From the NCBI GenBank assembly GCA_965248835.1, contig CBDFLJ010000002.1, positions 1,696,001-1,760,000 on the forward strand: 64,000 nt of DNA, given 5' to 3'. This DNA comes from Alphaproteobacteria bacterium (lineage in GTDB: Bacteria > Pseudomonadota > Alphaproteobacteria > MPNO01). The notes under the pieces are model-generated. The model was not told the origin of the DNA, made no database searches, and saw only the letters and a list, made by a program, of their open reading frames with translations. Of the stretch, positions 48,506 through 58,698 are shown piece after piece. A program made the position numbers and the translations under genes. Within the stretch, counting starts at the first letter, position 1; each line of letters opens with the position of its first letter.

Positions 48506-49003
48506 TTAGCGCGCATGTTTCAACGCACTGTCCCAATGCTCGACGATCTTGCCGCCTTCGATGCGAAACATATCGAACCAAGTGGTCGTGTATGTCTTGG
48601 AGGCGTCGCTGGGGTCCGGATACCGCACCACGTGCGCCATCGTCACGAGATCGCGTTCGGCAGTGATCGAGACGATTTCGGCCTTGATCTTGGGTGCCAC
48701 CGGCAGGGGATCCATGCTGCCGAAATAGCCCACGAAGGCGGCGCGACCGGTCGGCACGTTGGGATTGTGCTGAACGTAATCCTCGACCATGTATTTCCCG
48801 GCTTGGTCGACTCGGTGCGCGTCCAGGACGATGCGCCAAAAGTCGAAGACGAGGCGCTTGTTCGCCGCAAGCGCCGGATCATCGCTCCGCAACATCGCTT
48901 GCTGGCTGGCACCGGCGGTCACCTCGACCTGGGCAAACGCCGGCGCAGACAACATGAGTAACGCGCACAACATGGCCAGGGAGAGCAGACTGGATATCCT
49001 CAT
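48506..49003 (-). CDS. Exported SnoaL/NTF2-like protein
   Basis: Signal peptide (AFA-Q), ANKRLV.DF, YVQHNP.VPTG, FDMFRIE.GKIVEHWD; AGGAGG RBS. Confidence 0.85.
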   Translation of the reverse strand: MRISSLLSLAMLCALLMLSAPAFAQVEVTAGASQQAMLRSDDPALAANKRLVFDFWRIVLDAHRVDQAGKYMVEDYVQHNPNVPTGRAAFVGYFGSMDPLPVAPKIKAEIVSITAERDLVTMAHVVRYPDPSDASKTYTTTWFDMFRIEGGKIVEHWDSALKHAR

Positions 49004-49410
49004 AGTGTGTTCCTCCTTTGTTTCGTCTTGGGCCGGATCGCAGAAAGACGGGCCTCGTGATTCCGAGTTTGCCCCAGCGTCGTCTCCAAGGCCATGCGAT
49101 TCAGGACCGCGTTCCCAATGGAGCCGTGCAAGGCGTCAATCTTCGAAGGGGAAACAAGCCGGAAACGACCGGATCCTACAATAGCCCATCTCCGGAACCG
49201 CCTGATGCGATGGCCCTGCGGTCAATAGCCAGTTGGGTTGAACGATCACGCGGGTCGGGTTAGGCTTTTCCGATGTCAAAGCGCACGATCACACGCCGGA
49301 TCGCCCTGGTTTCCGCCGCCGCGGGCGTCGTGGCACTGCCGTTCGTGTATTTCAGTCGCTCGAGCACTTTGGGCTACCCGTTTTCAGGCCCGGCCGCCGA
49401 TCGCGCCCTA

Positions 49411-50593
49411 GTCACCCGAATCTAAAGTTGGTGGCATAAGTTTTGATCGACGCGGAGGCAGAAGCGTTTGACGGCGGCGAGGATGTCGTCGGCTGATTTG
49501 GTCCATTTGAAGGGCTTGGGGTCTTCGTTGTGTTTTTCGATGAAGGCGCGGATGTCGGCTTCGAGCTGCTTCGTCGAGGTATGAACGCCGCGTCGCAGTT
49601 GCTTGCGCGTCAATTCGGCGAACCAGCGCTCGACCTGGTTGATCCAGGAGGCCGAGGTCGGCGTGAAGTGGACATGATAGTGCGGCCGCCGCGCCAGCCA
49701 GGCTCTGATCGCGGCGGTCTTGTGGGTGGCGTAGTTGTCCATGACGATGTGGATGTCGAGATCCTCGGGGACGCGGGCGTCGATCTGCTTCAGAAAGTCG
49801 AGGAACTCCCTGGCCCGGTGGCGCCTGTAGCACTTGCCGATGACGAAGCCCGTGGCGACATCGAGGGCGGCGAACAGCGAGGTCGTCCCGTGCCGGACGT
49901 AATTGTACGTCCGCCGCTCGGCCATGCCCGGCATCATCGGCAACACCGGCTGTTCGCGGTCGAGGGCCTGGATCTGGCTCTTTTCATCGACACAGAGCAC
50001 CAGCGCGCGGTCCGGCGGCGACAGATAGAGCCCGACGATGTCGCGGACCTTGTCGACGAACAGCGGATCGCTCGACAGTTTGAAGGTCTGCGAGCGGTGC
50101 GGCTGCAACCCGAAGGCCGTCCAGATGCGCCGGATCGTCGTGTGCGACAGCCCGGTCTCCCGGGCCATCGAGCGGAGCGACCAATGGGTCGCATCCGCCG
50201 GCGTCGCGTTGAGCGTCCGTTCAATGACCTGTGCCACTTGATCATCCTCGATGGTCCGCGGCCGCCCCGGCCGAGGCTCATCCGACAGTCCGTCGATGCG
50301 GTCCTTCAGGAAGCGGCGGCGCCACTTGCCGACCGTGTGCTCGTGCACGCCGAGCTCGGCAGCGACCGCCTTGTTGGTCAGACCAGCCGCGCAACGCAGG
50401 ATCATGCGGCAGCGGTCCGACACCGCGCGCGCGATCTGGCGACGGCGGAGCTGACGCTCGAGATACGACCGTTCTGCATCGCTCAGAACCAAAGCCGCAA
50501 CCGGCCGGCCAACGCCACGCACCATCGCAAACACCTCCAAAGCCCAACGACGATGGCCATCATATAGTGCAATTTACTTCAGTTCCAGGTGAC
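49411..50593 (-). mobile_element. IS630-family insertion sequence
   Basis: Terminal IRs GTCACCCGAATCTAAAGT / GTCACCTGGAACTGAAGT, TA at both flanks, full-length transposase. Confidence 0.92.
49422..50540 (-). CDS. IS630 transposase
   Basis: HTH region, CVDEKSQIQ, MDNYATHK, SWINQVERWF (DDE). Confidence 0.93.
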   Translation of the reverse strand: MEVFAMVRGVGRPVAALVLSDAERSYLERQLRRRQIARAVSDRCRMILRCAAGLTNKAVAAELGVHEHTVGKWRRRFLKDRIDGLSDEPRPGRPRTIEDDQVAQVIERTLNATPADATHWSLRSMARETGLSHTTIRRIWTAFGLQPHRSQTFKLSSDPLFVDKVRDIVGLYLSPPDRALVLCVDEKSQIQALDREQPVLPMMPGMAERRTYNYVRHGTTSLFAALDVATGFVIGKCYRRHRAREFLDFLKQIDARVPEDLDIHIVMDNYATHKTAAIRAWLARRPHYHVHFTPTSASWINQVERWFAELTRKQLRRGVHTSTKQLEADIRAFIEKHNEDPKPFKWTKSADDILAAVKRFCLRVDQNLCHQL

Positions 50594-50595
50594 TA

Positions 50596-51432
50596 GGCTC
50601 CAGACTCATAACCAGCAAATGACGATGGCGGCGATGGTGACGGCGGCGGTGTAGGTCAGGGCGAGTTTGTCGTATCGGGTGGCGATCCGGCGCCAGTCCT
50701 TGAGCCGGGCGAAGGCACGTTCGATGACGTTGCGCAGACGGTAGGCCTGACGGTCGAACGGGTGATGCCGTTTGCGGGTCGGATTGTTGGGGATGACCGG
50801 GATGGTGCCCCGGTCGAGAAGCAGGTCGCGGAACGCGTCGCTGTCGTAGGCGGTATCGGCGATACACAGGCCGGGCGCCATCGCTCCGATCAGGCGCGCC
50901 GCCACCAGTGCGTCGCCGCGATGGCCCGCCCCGACGATCAGCCGTCGCGCCCGGCCGTGCTCGTCGACGGCGGCATGGATCTTGGTCGTGCGCCCACCCC
51001 GCGAGCGGCCGATCGCCTGGATCTCGGCCCCCCTTTTCCGCCTGCTGCCGAACGGTGTGCCTTGACATGGGTCGAATCCAGCATCACCGCCGCCGGCGGT
51101 CCACCAGCCTCCGCCAACCGCACAAAGACGCCCTGCCATACACCCTTGCGCGCCCAGCGGACAAAGCGGTTGTACAGCGTCTTGTGAGGGCCGTATTCCG
51201 CCGACGCATCCTTCCACCGGCAGCCCGATTGAAGAACATGGATGATCCCAGATATCACCCGCCGGTCGTCAACCCGCGGCACGCCCCGCGTGTCCGTCGG
51301 CAACAACGGCGCCAGACGTCCAAACTGCTCATCGCTCAGCCAAAAGCTCTCCGACATCCTCAAGCTCCCATGGTTTGGAAGCTTGAATCAGATCCAAACA
51401 GAATCATAAAGCGCTTTTATGGGTCCAGACCC
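50596..51432 (-). mobile_element. IS5-family (IS427-like) insertion sequence with frameshifted two-ORF transposase
   Basis: IRs GGCTCCAGACTCATAA / GGGTCTGGACCCATAA, TA flanks; orfA from 51357 (DDRRVISGI...DSTHVKAH), slippery AAAAGGGGGG at 51028-51037, orfB to 50606 (SRGG.TTKIH, ADTAYD, RIATRYDK). Confidence 0.9.
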
Positions 51433-52036
51433 TAGGGCTCGCCCCGCCGCTCGCATGCACGCGGGGCACGCGTAGCAAGACCGAGGGACCGTACTACACG
51501 CCGCAGACGCCACAGAGGGCCGACTTGCGAGAACCGGATGCGCGCGGTCAGCCGCTCGTCCTGCACGGATTAGTGCTTACCCCGGGCTGCCGCCCGGTCG
51601 CGGGCGCCGTGATCGACATCTGGCACAGCGACGGGGATGGCCGCTACGACAACTCGGGCTTTCGTTACCGCGGCCATCAATTCACCGACGCCGCGGGCGC
51701 GTTTCGTTTCGAGACCATCCGGCCCGCTCGCTACCCCGGGCGTACGCCGCATATCCACGTCAAGGTCCAAGGTGCGTCCACGCGCCTTCTCACCAGCCAG
51801 CTCTTCTTTCCCGACCTGCCGGACGAGAACGCCCGAGACGGAATCTTTCACGACGACCTCCTGCTCAACCTGAGCCGCGGCCCGGCGGGCTGGCTCGGGC
51901 GCTTCGACTTCGTGCTCTCGCCGGCCTGATACCGGGAACCCGAACCACTCCTCGAGCACGCATCTACAATCCCGCCACGACAACCACGGGCGAATTGACG
52001 TTGACGCACCAGATGCGGTGTCGGCCGCATCGAAAA

Positions 52037-52558
52037 TCAACGACAGCCGCTTGTAGGCTCGAACATGCGGCGCGCGATGCCGCCTTTGTCGAAAATTGCG
52101 TGCTTGGCCGCTCCCAGAATGTGCAGGGCCAGCAGAGGTATGAACAGATGCCCGGAGACATCATGCAGCTCTTCCATGAGTTCGTGGAAACCCCGGCTTG
52201 CTGTCATCGGTGAGGCAATGGCCACGCCAACTACGTCCAAGGGGCGGCCCTGCGACCAGGGCAACAGGTACCCGGTAATCACCGCGACGACGATGGCCAC
52301 CAGAAACCCCCACTGCACCACCCGCGCGCCGGCATTGAGCAGGAAAGCCTAATCAGGCAAAGCGACCATGCCGCGTCTCGCGCGATGCCACACGCGCCAC
52401 AGGAGAAAGACGCCGGCGATGGCGCCACCGCTCACGTGAATGACATACGCCGAGCTGCCGCGCTCCCGATCGTGGGTCAAGAACAACGCGACCACGAAGA
52501 TCGCCACAAGCCAGTGAAGAACGATCGATAGCGGTGAATAGCCGTCGCTGCGGTCCAT
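52037..52558 (-). pseudogene. Cytochrome b561-family membrane protein with in-frame TAG
   Basis: YSPLSIVLHW, heme His motifs IH.SGG, LH...GH, LHILGAAKH; two collinear same-frame ORFs separated by TAG at 52349-52351. Confidence 0.8.
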
Positions 52559-52753
52559 GATGCCTCCATTTCCGATGCAGCGCTTAACGAGAGCCGGGCA
52601 ACATATACGTCGCCCTTTGTGCGCGATTCGTCTTGAAGCTTGCGACGGCCGCGGTCGGCGTCCTTCAGGTTTGTTACATTCCTCGAACGCGGGTCAAGTC
52701 GGTAGAACGCTTGACGGCTCGGTTGGTCCGCCGCGCCCAACGAGCCGGCCGCT

Positions 52754-53285
52754 TCAGTGGGGGATTATTGCGCCGCCGTCCTCACAGCGGCAGTCCTTCA
52801 GAATAAGCGCCGCGATGCTGTCGGCGATCCGGGCGGCTGATTCCTGCACCGAATCCCGCGCCAGATGGGCGTAACGCGCCGTCGTCTCGACCTGGGTGTG
52901 GCCCAGCAGCTTTCCGATCATCGGCAGGCTTTCGCCGAGCGCCAACGCGCGGCTCGCATACGAATGTCTGAGGTCATGAATGCGAACATCTTCCAGCCCG
53001 GCGCGCTCCCGGATGATGTCCCACGGATCGTTGACATTGCGCATCCAGGTGCCCTTGATCTTGCCTGGAATGACCCAGGGGTTGTCTGCAATGCGCGGCA
53101 GTTCCGCGAGTAGACGCGCCGCCTCCGGTGACAGGGAAATCGTCCTCGGGCCGGTTTTGCTGTCGCTCAAATGCAGCTCATTCGCGTCCAGATCCACGTC
53201 TTCCCAGCGCAACGTCAATATCTCGTTGCGCCGGCACCCGGTCAGCATCAGCAGCCGGATCGCCGCCACCGCATGCACCGAGACG
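52754..53285 (-). pseudogene. Tyrosine integrase, C-terminal catalytic half only
   Basis: AIRLLMLTGCRRNE, DSKTG, HDLRH, LGH, RYAH; same family as the 29325 integrase; no N-terminal domains. Confidence 0.85.
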
Positions 53286-53425
53286 CCGCGGCGGGTCCCC
53301 ATGACGGGTGATTGTGTTGTAGCTTAGGCAGGAGCTGGTCCGGCTTCCCTGGCCCTTTGCGAGCCCCTGAAGCCCGACCGCAGGGCTCGCGACACGGGCG
53401 GCGTTGCCGATGCGCTGCATTACCT

Positions 53426-54000
53426 GGAGACCTCTAACAACCGGGGGATTTGACGAAGATTTCGGTGTGCTGTCCGACTTTCGCTGAGATCTGCGGTGTC
53501 GACGTCCGCAATCATCCGCCGTTTCGTTCTCGGCGGAGGGTTTTGGCGCTATTCGGGCGGACTCATGCCATGGCGGCGCTGCGCTCATGGAAGATCAGAC
53601 GCTGGAAATTATAAGCCAGGTTGGCGAGGCCGATCTTGGCCGCCGCCCGCTCGAGCCCGATGGTACGGACGAACAGGCCCATGCGATCCTTCTGCTGGGC
53701 GAAGACGTGCTCGACATGCGCACGGACCGCTGACTTGCGGGCATTGGCCCGGGCGGTCGCCTTGGGCATGGCCCGGCCCGGCGGCTTCTTGCGGTGGATG
53801 TGGGAGACCCGACCCTTGCCGGCCAGCCACGCCTCGTTGGCCTTCGAGCGATAGGCGCTGTCGGCCCACACGCCGGCGGCCAGATTGTCGCCGGTGACGA
53901 GATGACGCAACATCTTGCCGTCATGGCGGGCGGCATCGGTCACTGCCGAGCTGCGGATGAAGCCGTAGGCCCGGTCGATGACGATGTGATTCTTGTACCC
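53426..54000 (-). mobile_element. IS5-family (IS5 subgroup) remnant: transposase C-terminus plus right end
   Basis: 53563-54000 GYKNH...HDG...WADSAYRS...RAHVEHVFA..K...RTIG; end sequence GGAGACCTCTAACAACCGG at 53426. Confidence 0.82.
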
Positions 54001-54056
54001 ATTCATGATGATGTGTGATTCCCTCTCACGACGTCGATATGTTGTGGGAGGCGGAC

Positions 54057-55019
54057 ATGGCATGGCGACGCGGGCAGGCATATTCGCAGGATCTGCGCGA
54101 TCGTGTTCTCTCAGCGGTGGATGGTGGGCTGGGCATCTATCGGGCGGCCGAGCTGTTCGATGTGAGCGTGTCCCACATCTACAAGGCGCTGGATCGTCGG
54201 CGCCGAACGGGCGAGAGCGGCGCGAACCCGAACCGGGGCCACCGCCGGCGCAAACTGTCGGCGGCGCAGGCGGTGGCACTGGCGGCGCATATCGCCGCAC
54301 ACCCGGACATCACCCTGGCGCGGTTGCAGGACTGGCTGGCGGCCGAGCACGCGGTGCGGCTGAGTGACGGCGCGATCTGGCAGGCGGTCGACCGGCTCGG
54401 CCTGTCGTTCAAAAAAACCCTGCGCGCCGCCGAGCACGATCGGCCCGACATGGCCGCCCGGCGCCGGGCCTGGCGGGCGGCGCAGGGCTGGATCGACCCA
54501 CGACGCCTGGTGTTGATTGATGAAAGCGGGGTGAACACCAAGATGACCCGGCGCTACGGCCGCGCGCCGGTCGGCCGTCGTCTGCACGCCGCGGGCCCCT
54601 TCGGTCACTGGAAGACCATGACCTTCGTCGCCGCGCTGCGACAGCGCGGGCTGAGCGCGCCCTGGGTGCTTGACGGCGCCATGGACGGCGACGCCTTCAG
54701 AACCTACACCGCCGAGATCCTCGCCCCGACGCTCACGCCAGGCGACATCGTGGTCATGGACAACCTGCCGGCCCACAAGGTCGCCGGCATCGCCGAGACC
54801 ATCGCCGGACAACAGGCCCAGCTCTTCTATCTGCCGCCGTACTCGCCCGACATGAACCCGATCGAACTCGCCTTCTCAAAGCTCAAGACCGCACTCAGGG
54901 CCGAGCCGGCACGCACCATCGACACGCTCTGGCGGCGCATCGGCACCATCCTTGATACCTTCACCCAAAGCGAATGCGCCAACTACTTCAATGCAACTGG
55001 TTATCAACTCTCAATATGA
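54057..55019 (+). mobile_element. IS630-family transposase with eroded ends (element ~54000-55029)
   Basis: YSQDLRDRV, LIDES, MDNLPAHK, LPPYSPDMNPIE. Confidence 0.9.
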
Positions 55020-55024
55020 GAATG

Positions 55025-55159
55025 CACCAGCCCCACCAGGTAGCGCGCGATCGACAGACCGCGCCGGTCCGCGTTGCGGCGAACGGTCTCCCATTCCGCG
55101 TCCGTCGCCGAGATCGAGATGTGCTTGCTCGCCTTCCGGCCGCGCCGCGCTCGTCTCAT
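55025..55159 (-). pseudogene. Ribbon-helix-helix protein 3, truncated by IS630
   Basis: KHISISATDAEWETVRRNADRRGLSIARYLV; ATGA-coupled to the upstream gene. Confidence 0.6.
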
Positions 55160-55467
55160 GCCGCCCGCTCCCGTGCAAGGACCGAGATCGCGCTCAGCAG
55201 GCTCAGCCCGCTGCCGCCCGGAAGCTCGCGCCGGAGAGCCTGCAAGAATGCCTGCACCTCGCGGACCCCGTCCCACAACGCCGCCTGTTCCTGTTCCGTC
55301 AGCACCAGGGGATGACGGTCCGGATCGTTGGCGAGCGCAAGCGCCAGCACATGGCGCGACACGGTCTTCCCCGCCGCCGCCGCACGTCCCCGGATCATCG
55401 CTTGCTCCGCCGGGTTGCAGTGCAGGCTCCGCTGCCGCCTGCCGGGCCGTCCCGCCTCCTCCGTCAC
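55156..55467 (-). CDS. Ribbon-helix-helix (MobC/CopG-like) protein 2
   Basis: RQRSLHCNPAEQAMIRGRAAAAGKTVSRHVL; GTGA-coupled to the upstream gene. Confidence 0.6.
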   Translation of the reverse strand: MTEEAGRPGRRQRSLHCNPAEQAMIRGRAAAAGKTVSRHVLALALANDPDRHPLVLTEQEQAALWDGVREVQAFLQALRRELPGGSGLSLLSAISVLARERAA

Positions 55468-55835
55468 GGCCCGGCTTCCCCATCCGGCCCCGCCGCCTTC
55501 CAGCGGTTCGCCGCGCCGGGATCGGTCAGCCGGTCCAGCATGCCCTCCCGGTCGATCCATTCGTCCACCGCGTCGCAAGCGTCCTCCCAGGCCTCTCCGG
55601 CGCCGGCCTCGCGCAGCCGCCTCTCCTCCAGCCTGGACAGCACCAGCAGCTCGCGCACCGCCCGGCGCAGAACCTCCGGCGGCAGAGGCTCCCGATCCAG
55701 CGCACGATGGATCACGAAGCGCGACAGATCCATGCCGCTCGCCGTTGCCGCCCGGCCGATCCGTTCCCACTCCGCATCGGTCGCCATCACCGCGCGCTGG
55801 CGGCGCCCGCTGACATCCTCCTTCATCGTCGCCAT
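55464..55835 (-). CDS. Ribbon-helix-helix (MobC/CopG-like) protein 1
   Basis: RQRAVMATDAEWERIGRAATASGMDLSRFVIHRAL strand-helix-helix pattern. Confidence 0.62.
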   Translation of the reverse strand: MATMKEDVSGRRQRAVMATDAEWERIGRAATASGMDLSRFVIHRALDREPLPPEVLRRAVRELLVLSRLEERRLREAGAGEAWEDACDAVDEWIDREGMLDRLTDPGAANRWKAAGPDGEAGP

Positions 55836-56331
55836 CCGCCCGAAACGGTTTGCAGCGGTTGCGACACACCGGATCCCGATCTCGGAGATATGTCCATCGA
55901 TATTCCTATGATAATCCTCACAGAGACGAACGTATTGTGCCGGTTCTGTGTTGCTCACAGGGCCAACCTGTTCCTCCATCAGGATCATACGGATGTTCCA
56001 AGGCGAATTCCATTCCCCACTTCCCTGAATGCAACTATGCAGCGACACAGGATCCACATCTGTGTTATTCGAATCGGCCCCATCCTCTCTTGACAGGGAC
56101 CCTAAGCCATTGTAGTACCACAGTGATACAGGGAGACACTACGATCCTACGATACCGACAGAGTACTTAAAATCATGAATTCAGGGCTCACACCACCGAC
56201 CGGGACACGATCTGTCATACGAGAGGATGTGCCGAAATAGTGGCGTAAAATCCGTAGGTTATAGAAACGCCGCAGGAGATTTTCAAAGGCGCGCAGATCA
56301 TGAACCTGGCGGCGCCTGCGCGCCGTCCGGA

Positions 56332-56661
56332 TCAATCCTCGCGCGGCTCTGCCATCCAGGCCGGAATATCCCGCGCCCCATGCAGGACGCGCCAGACATC
56401 GATTTCCGTCTCCCTCTCGACATAGAAGATCAGATAGGGAGATTTCCCGATGGTCCGAAAGCGCAGGCCGGGAAGATCCAGTTCATGAGCATAGCGGGGC
56501 GAACCGAGCGCCGGCCGGTCGCCAATTTGGCGGAGGGCATCTTCCAGCGCGTCGATGAAGGCCAGCGCAACCGCCGGTCCCGCCTCGGCCAGATAATGCT
56601 CGATCGCCTCATCGACATCGTGCCGCGCCCGCTCGCGCAGGACAACCGGTTTCCCGGTCAC
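56332..56661 (-). CDS. parE: ParE/RelE-family type II toxin
   Basis: A..DVDEAI.HY, GSPRY, PYLIFY, VWRVLHGARDI; coupled to antitoxin. Confidence 0.9.
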   Translation of the reverse strand: MTGKPVVLRERARHDVDEAIEHYLAEAGPAVALAFIDALEDALRQIGDRPALGSPRYAHELDLPGLRFRTIGKSPYLIFYVERETEIDVWRVLHGARDIPAWMAEPRED

Positions 56662-56897
56662 CGCCGGCCGGTTTCACGGGCCCGGCCGCGGAGCCGGTCG
56701 AAGTAGTCCGCATCGGCCGTGACAGCCCGCGGAGAGGCCGCGCCTTGGAGAAGCAGGCCGCGCAAGCGCTGACGGTCCTGATCCTTGCGGATCAGTTCGC
56801 GGACGTACTCGCTTGACGTGCTGTAGCCGCGCGCGCTGACCTGATCGTCCACGAAGGACTTGAGCGCCTCGGGAAGCGATATGTTCATCGTGGTCAT
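56658..56897 (-). CDS. parD: ParD-like (CC2985/RHH) antitoxin
   Basis: MNISLP..LK.FVD.QV...GYSTSSEYVRELIR.DQ. Confidence 0.92.
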   Translation of the reverse strand: MTTMNISLPEALKSFVDDQVSARGYSTSSEYVRELIRKDQDRQRLRGLLLQGAASPRAVTADADYFDRLRGRARETGRR

Positions 56898-56917
56898 CGT
56901 GCGATGCTAGCGGCTTT

Positions 56918-56940
56918 GGCAATTTTTGGCAAGAATTGCC
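56918..56940. promoter_or_regulatory. Putative parDE autorepression operator
   Basis: Inverted repeat GGCAATT-N9-AATTGCC 20 bp upstream of the parD start. Confidence 0.5.
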
Positions 56941-56951
56941 GACGAGCGAAG

Positions 56952-58214
56952 TGACCTGCCCCCGTCGACTGGTCCAGTTTGGATGTTAGTGCATTGACGG
57001 TTTCTCCGCCAAGCTGGCCGCCCGGCGGAGCGTAGCGGAGCCGGGCGGCCAGCTTGGCGTGACGATCGTTTCCGGGGCCGGCGGCCGGTATCCCAGGCTG
57101 CTGTGCGGGCGGACGGCGTTGTAATGGCGTCGCCAGGATTCGATGAGAACCTGGGCTTCCTTGAGAGTGTAGAAGATCTCCCCGTTCAGGAGCTCGTCGC
57201 GCAGCCGCGCATTGAAGCTCTCGATATAGCCGTTCTCCCAAGGAGAACCGGGCTCGATGAAGGCGGTCCGGGCCCCGACCGCGGCAATCCATCCCCGGAC
57301 GGCCTCGGCGACAAACTCCGGGCCGTTGTCGGAGCGGATGTAGGCCGGGATGCCGCGCAGGATGAACAGATCCGTCAGCACATCGATGACATCGGTCGAG
57401 GAGAGCTTGCGCCGGACACGGATCGCCAGGCTCTCGCGGGTGAACTCGTCCAGGATGTTGAGCATGCGGAAGGCCCGGCCGTCATATGTCCGGTGATGGA
57501 CGAAGTCGTAGGACCAGACGTGGTCCGCCCGCTCGGCGCGCAGTCGGATGCAGGAACCGTCGTTCAGCCAGAGCCGGCCCCGTTTCGGTTGTTTGCCGGG
57601 CACCTTCAGCCCCTCGCGCCGCCACAGGCGCTCGACCCGCTTGTCGTTGACCTGCCAGCCGGCGTCGCGCAGCAGGGCCGCGATCCGCCGGTAGCCGTAA
57701 CGACCGTACCGACGGGCCAGCTCGATCATGTCCGCGACCAGGCGGTCCTCGTCGGCACGGCCGCGCGGGATGCGGCGCTGGGTCGAGCGATGCTGCCCCA
57801 GCACCCGGCAAGCCCGGCGCTCCGAGATCCCGAGCCGGTCGCAGACATGATCGATGCACTGACCGCGGCGCGAGGGGCTTAGAAGTTTCCCCCTGCGGCC
57901 TCCTTGAGGATCTGCTTGTCCAGAGTCAGGTCCGAGACCGCACGGCGCAGCCGCTCGTTCTCCTTCTCAAGCTCCTTCAGGCGGCGAAGCTGATCGCCGC
58001 TCATCCCGGCATACTCCTTGCGCCAGCGGTAATAGGTGACCTCGCTGATCCCGAGCTGTCGGATCGCGTCCGCCATCGACATGCCCTGGCCGTGCAACAC
58101 CTCAGCCTGCCGCAGCAGGCTCACGATCTCCTCCGGCTTGTACCGCTTCCTTGCCATCTCCGGTCCTCCTCATTCCATAACCCAAGGATGGACCAATTCC
58201 ATGGGGGAGGATCA
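56952..58214 (-). mobile_element. IS3-family (IS407 group) insertion sequence, apparently intact
   Basis: TG...CA ends with IRs TGACCTGCCCCC / TGATCCTCCCCC, 4-bp TSD GAAG; orfA 57879-58157, orfB 56986-~57882 (WSYDF, SDNGPEF, ENGYIESF), GGGAAAC frameshift site. Confidence 0.95.
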
Positions 58215-58219
58215 GAAGC

Positions 58220-58355
58220 GTGAGCTATTTCGAGAAGGACGGCTACTACGCCAAGGCCGGCCCGGCGCACCACGAGGCGAGCGCCCGGGCCGGCAACGGC
58301 GCGGCGGCGCTCGGGCAGGCCGGCCCGGTCGAGCCGGAGGCGTTCCAGAGGGTCC
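58220..58355 (+). pseudogene. trwC: MOBF/TrwC relaxase N-terminal remnant
   Basis: VSYFEKDGYYAK...H.EAS...G.GAAALG..GPVEPEAF matches the TrwC catalytic-tyrosine region; rest missing. Confidence 0.72.
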
Positions 58356-58527
58356 GAGTTGTGTCCAGGATTTTCTGCAATTTGGTCACGGCACCGGATG
58401 AGTTTGTAGCCGGCATGCCCTGGTGCGGCGCCATCACACGCAAGCGCCAGGGCAGGCCGGGCCGCCGTCAGGCGGCTTTCTTCAGAGCAGCGGCGCCAAC
58501 GCGGTCCGACACCGGCTTCTCGTGTGC

Positions 58528-58637
58528 GCCCGAGAACCAAACGGCGGACGAGTAAGCCTGTCAACGCTGATCAACGGATCGAAAGTCCGACAACAAACCG
58601 AAAGCTTCGTCAGATCCGCCGGTTGTTGGAGGTCTCC
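58528..58637 (+). repeat. Solo IS5 right end, inverted copy of 53426-53537
   Basis: CCGGTTGTTGGAGGTCTCC is 18/19 identical to the reverse complement of 53426-53444; looser similarity extends about 110 bp. Confidence 0.75.
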
Positions 58638-58698
58638 ACTTAGCCCTTCTCCTTTCGATTGCTTCCGCTGTCTCGCGAAATACGCGAGGCTTCACCGC

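Larger units (their letters stand above)
49273..51929 (+). pseudogene. Intradiol ring-cleavage dioxygenase (Tat-like signal) split by two IS elements
   Basis: 49273-49410 MSKRTITRR..ADRAL joins in frame to 51435-51929 GLAPP..TEGPYY..DIWH..GRY..YPGRTPHIH. Confidence 0.85.

Noticed and set aside
52349-52351. TAG as pyrrolysine or recoding
   Set aside because: No pyl machinery seen, and other genes end at TAG normally; a nonsense mutation is simpler
53286-53425. Unassigned segment between the integrase fragment and the IS5 end, possibly another element terminus
   Set aside because: No partner repeat or coding similarity recognised
54405-54425. A7 run in the IS630 transposase as a programmed frameshift
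   Set aside because: The ORF reads through in frame here, so no frameshift is needed
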